Position numbers and translations under genes: made by a program. DNA of 64,000 bases, taken from contig NC_043002.1 of NCBI RefSeq assembly GCF_006345805.1, positions 90,148,001 through 90,212,000 on the forward strand, given 5' to 3'. Each line of letters begins with the position of its first letter. The stretch's first letter is position 1. Of the stretch, positions 61,760-64,000 are shown piece after piece. Under the pieces are notes generated by a model, which saw only the letters and a program-made list of their open reading frames with translations, searched no databases and had not been told where the DNA came from. The stretch is from Octopus sinensis. Lineage: Eukaryota.

Positions 61760-62049
61760 TTTATTGACTTCAGTTAAAATGGAAAGGTTACAAACCCTTC
61801 TGTATATCTGCAAACCGTGTACACTTGTTGCCATTCTGGCATATAACTGGCTACCTAGAAATAGCTAAAACAAAAAAGACACTGGCTGTAATCACTGGAT
61901 GATGTAGTCCAAGGTGCATTGTGCTCGAAAAACATAAAAAGAAAAAAATACTGACGAGATGGTCACCACTGAAATGCATTGATCTATTGATCTGCTTGAT
62001 TACAGGTTGAACTGAGATTCAACAACATTCATTTTGAAAACCACAGCTG

Positions 62050-62061
62050 CTACTGCTGCTG

Positions 62062-62113
<52 letters not shown>

Positions 62114-62780
62114 CACTACTACTACCACTACTACTACCACTACCACCACCACCACCACTCCGCCTACCATCACACCACAACACCCACATACAGCACCCCC
62201 ATCACAACACCCCCCATCACTGCACCTATCCCCATCACAGCAGCCCCACATGGCACCCTCATCACGTCACTATACCACACTGCCTCCCCCCCGTCATCAT
62301 CCTGCCATCATATCCTTCCCCCATCTTGATCCCCTGCATCACACTTAGCGACCTCGTTCTGTAACCCTCTGGTTCCCTATTATTATAAAGGCCAGTTTCA
62401 TTCACCAGTGACAATAATTTCCTCTCTTCTCCGGTCTCTTTCTTTTGCCTAAACAACTGTAAACAAGCAGGTGCAGATAAGGTCATGTCTTATACAACCA
62501 TCATTTTCCTTTCACAATCACCACCATACCACCATCTTCCTCTATTAATACCATCACTTCAATCTTGCCTCTCCATCACTGCCCAGCAACACCATATTAT
62601 CATTGTCACCATAACCACACACGTTTCACTGTCTTTACTACCACTACTGCCACCACCACCACCCTATCATCAGTTTTAGCACCACCACCACCACCACCAA
62701 TACTGCTATCATTACCACCTCCATTATTACCAAAACTACCATACTACTTTCACTTTCCCCATGAATAACGAAGTCATAAT
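62050..62780. repeat. Low-complexity (CTA)n/(CCA)n-rich tract with a unique core at 62345-62490
   Basis: Directly visible; produces poly-T, poly-P and poly-V ORFs. Confidence 0.9.
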
Positions 62781-64000
62781 GATGCAACAACAACAACAAT
62801 AACAATGTCAAAAATGTGGAAGAACTAAGTTTCCAGTGCCTCAGTCTCTTAGAACTCTTCTTCTGCAATAAATTGGTTTGAATGATTCTGGAGAATTCTT
62901 TCAAAACTTTGCCTTTTTTAAAGAAATAAATTCTGTAAGGATGAAAAGGTTGGCATTGGAGGTGGCGACATCATCCAAAATCATTTTATCTTATTGACTG
63001 CAAAGACAAGATGGCACCAGCAGAATGTTAAGGCTCTAATCTCAGACATTCTGTCTAGAATATCAGTCATACCATTTTGCATTAATGATACGATTTTTTG
63101 ATTCATTCGATTGAAAACAATCTTACAGATTTCACTTTTAGCTTTCAGACACTCTTTCACCTCTTTCTTGTTTTCTTTATTTTTAGGTGGTGGTGGTGAG
63201 GGGGAAGAGAGGGTACTGGTTTGTTTGATTTGTGTAATAAACAACAGCAGCAGCAGCAACAGCAATGGCAAATATTTGAACAAAAGACAAACAAAATAAT
63301 GTAACACTGTCATAATTTTTAGTCAGCCATGCACTGATTTCTTTTTGCAAATTTTTGTCATCAATGCTACAATTTTTATTATTGTAATTCTTAGTCTTGA
63401 TAATTAACATATATAAGGAATCTATCAGACAATTAAATGCTGTCACAACAGCAACAGCAATGACAACCATATTAAATACATATTAATTACATTCTCTTGC
63501 AATGTTTGCTGATACCATGGTTACAACAACAACAACAAATATTCAAAGAAATTGTTTTTTTTTTCTTTTTTTTTTAATAGAGACAAAACAGAATGATACC
63601 ATTTATTTGTTTTAAGATTGTTTTCTAAGAATTTCGCCACCCAGGTTTTGGTTCTGATTTATTATTTTTACTGAATAGTTTGAGAATTACTGTTAGAGAT
63701 TTGAAATAAATCAAAGAATTAAGATTATCATCAGATCACAGTTAAAGATATTGGTGTATACCATTGCAGTTTTTAGTTTTTTAGTTTATTTTACATATTT
63801 ATATTTTTACCATTTGAATATTCCTGCTGAAAGCAACTGATAAATCTTACACACCACTTTTATTTTTACTTTTATTTATTTTTCCTCCTCTCTGCTGATT
63901 GTAAATCTCTCTTATCTAAAGACATAGCTTATGTAATCTAACTTGACAATGTTCTCTTACTACATTAAACACTACAGTTATAATAGAAAAGTTGGTTTAT

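Noticed and set aside
62034-62768. Thr/Pro/His-rich mucin-like ORFs
   Set aside because: Translations of (CTA)n and (CCA)n low-complexity DNA without splice or start support.
1-64000. CRISPR array, rRNA, spliceosomal snRNA or functional tRNA genes
   Set aside because: No repeat-spacer array or recognisable intact RNA gene; tRNA-like segments are SINE heads or the decayed tRNA-Ile copy.

Overview
AT-rich, microsatellite- and repeat-saturated animal non-coding DNA (intergenic or a long intron). The SINE and MITE families resemble those I recall from octopus genomes; that species assignment is inference. I found no protein-coding gene I can support. The ORF track is almost entirely microsatellite translation, SINE sequence or antisense of transposon relics. 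The window holds several modular tRNA-derived SINE families, RTE-tail elements, MITEs with clear TIRs and target duplications (Merlin-like, hAT-like, piggyBac-like, mariner), two non-autonomous Helitron families, and decayed Tc1/mariner transposases and LINE fragments (RTE, CR1/Jockey-like, R4/Dong-like, CRE-like). The least expected signal is a dispersed set of minimal type I hammerhead-ribozyme folds from at least four unrelated sequence families. One, at 41976-42053 (minus), has an intact catalytic core and a long extended helix I. Two copies of another share a non-canonical U at core position 6. Also notable: an intron-containing pre-tRNA-Ile fused to a SINE 3' tail, a ~440-bp inverted duplication anchored on a Merlin-like end, and a recursive-splice-site-like AG|GTGAGT junction.
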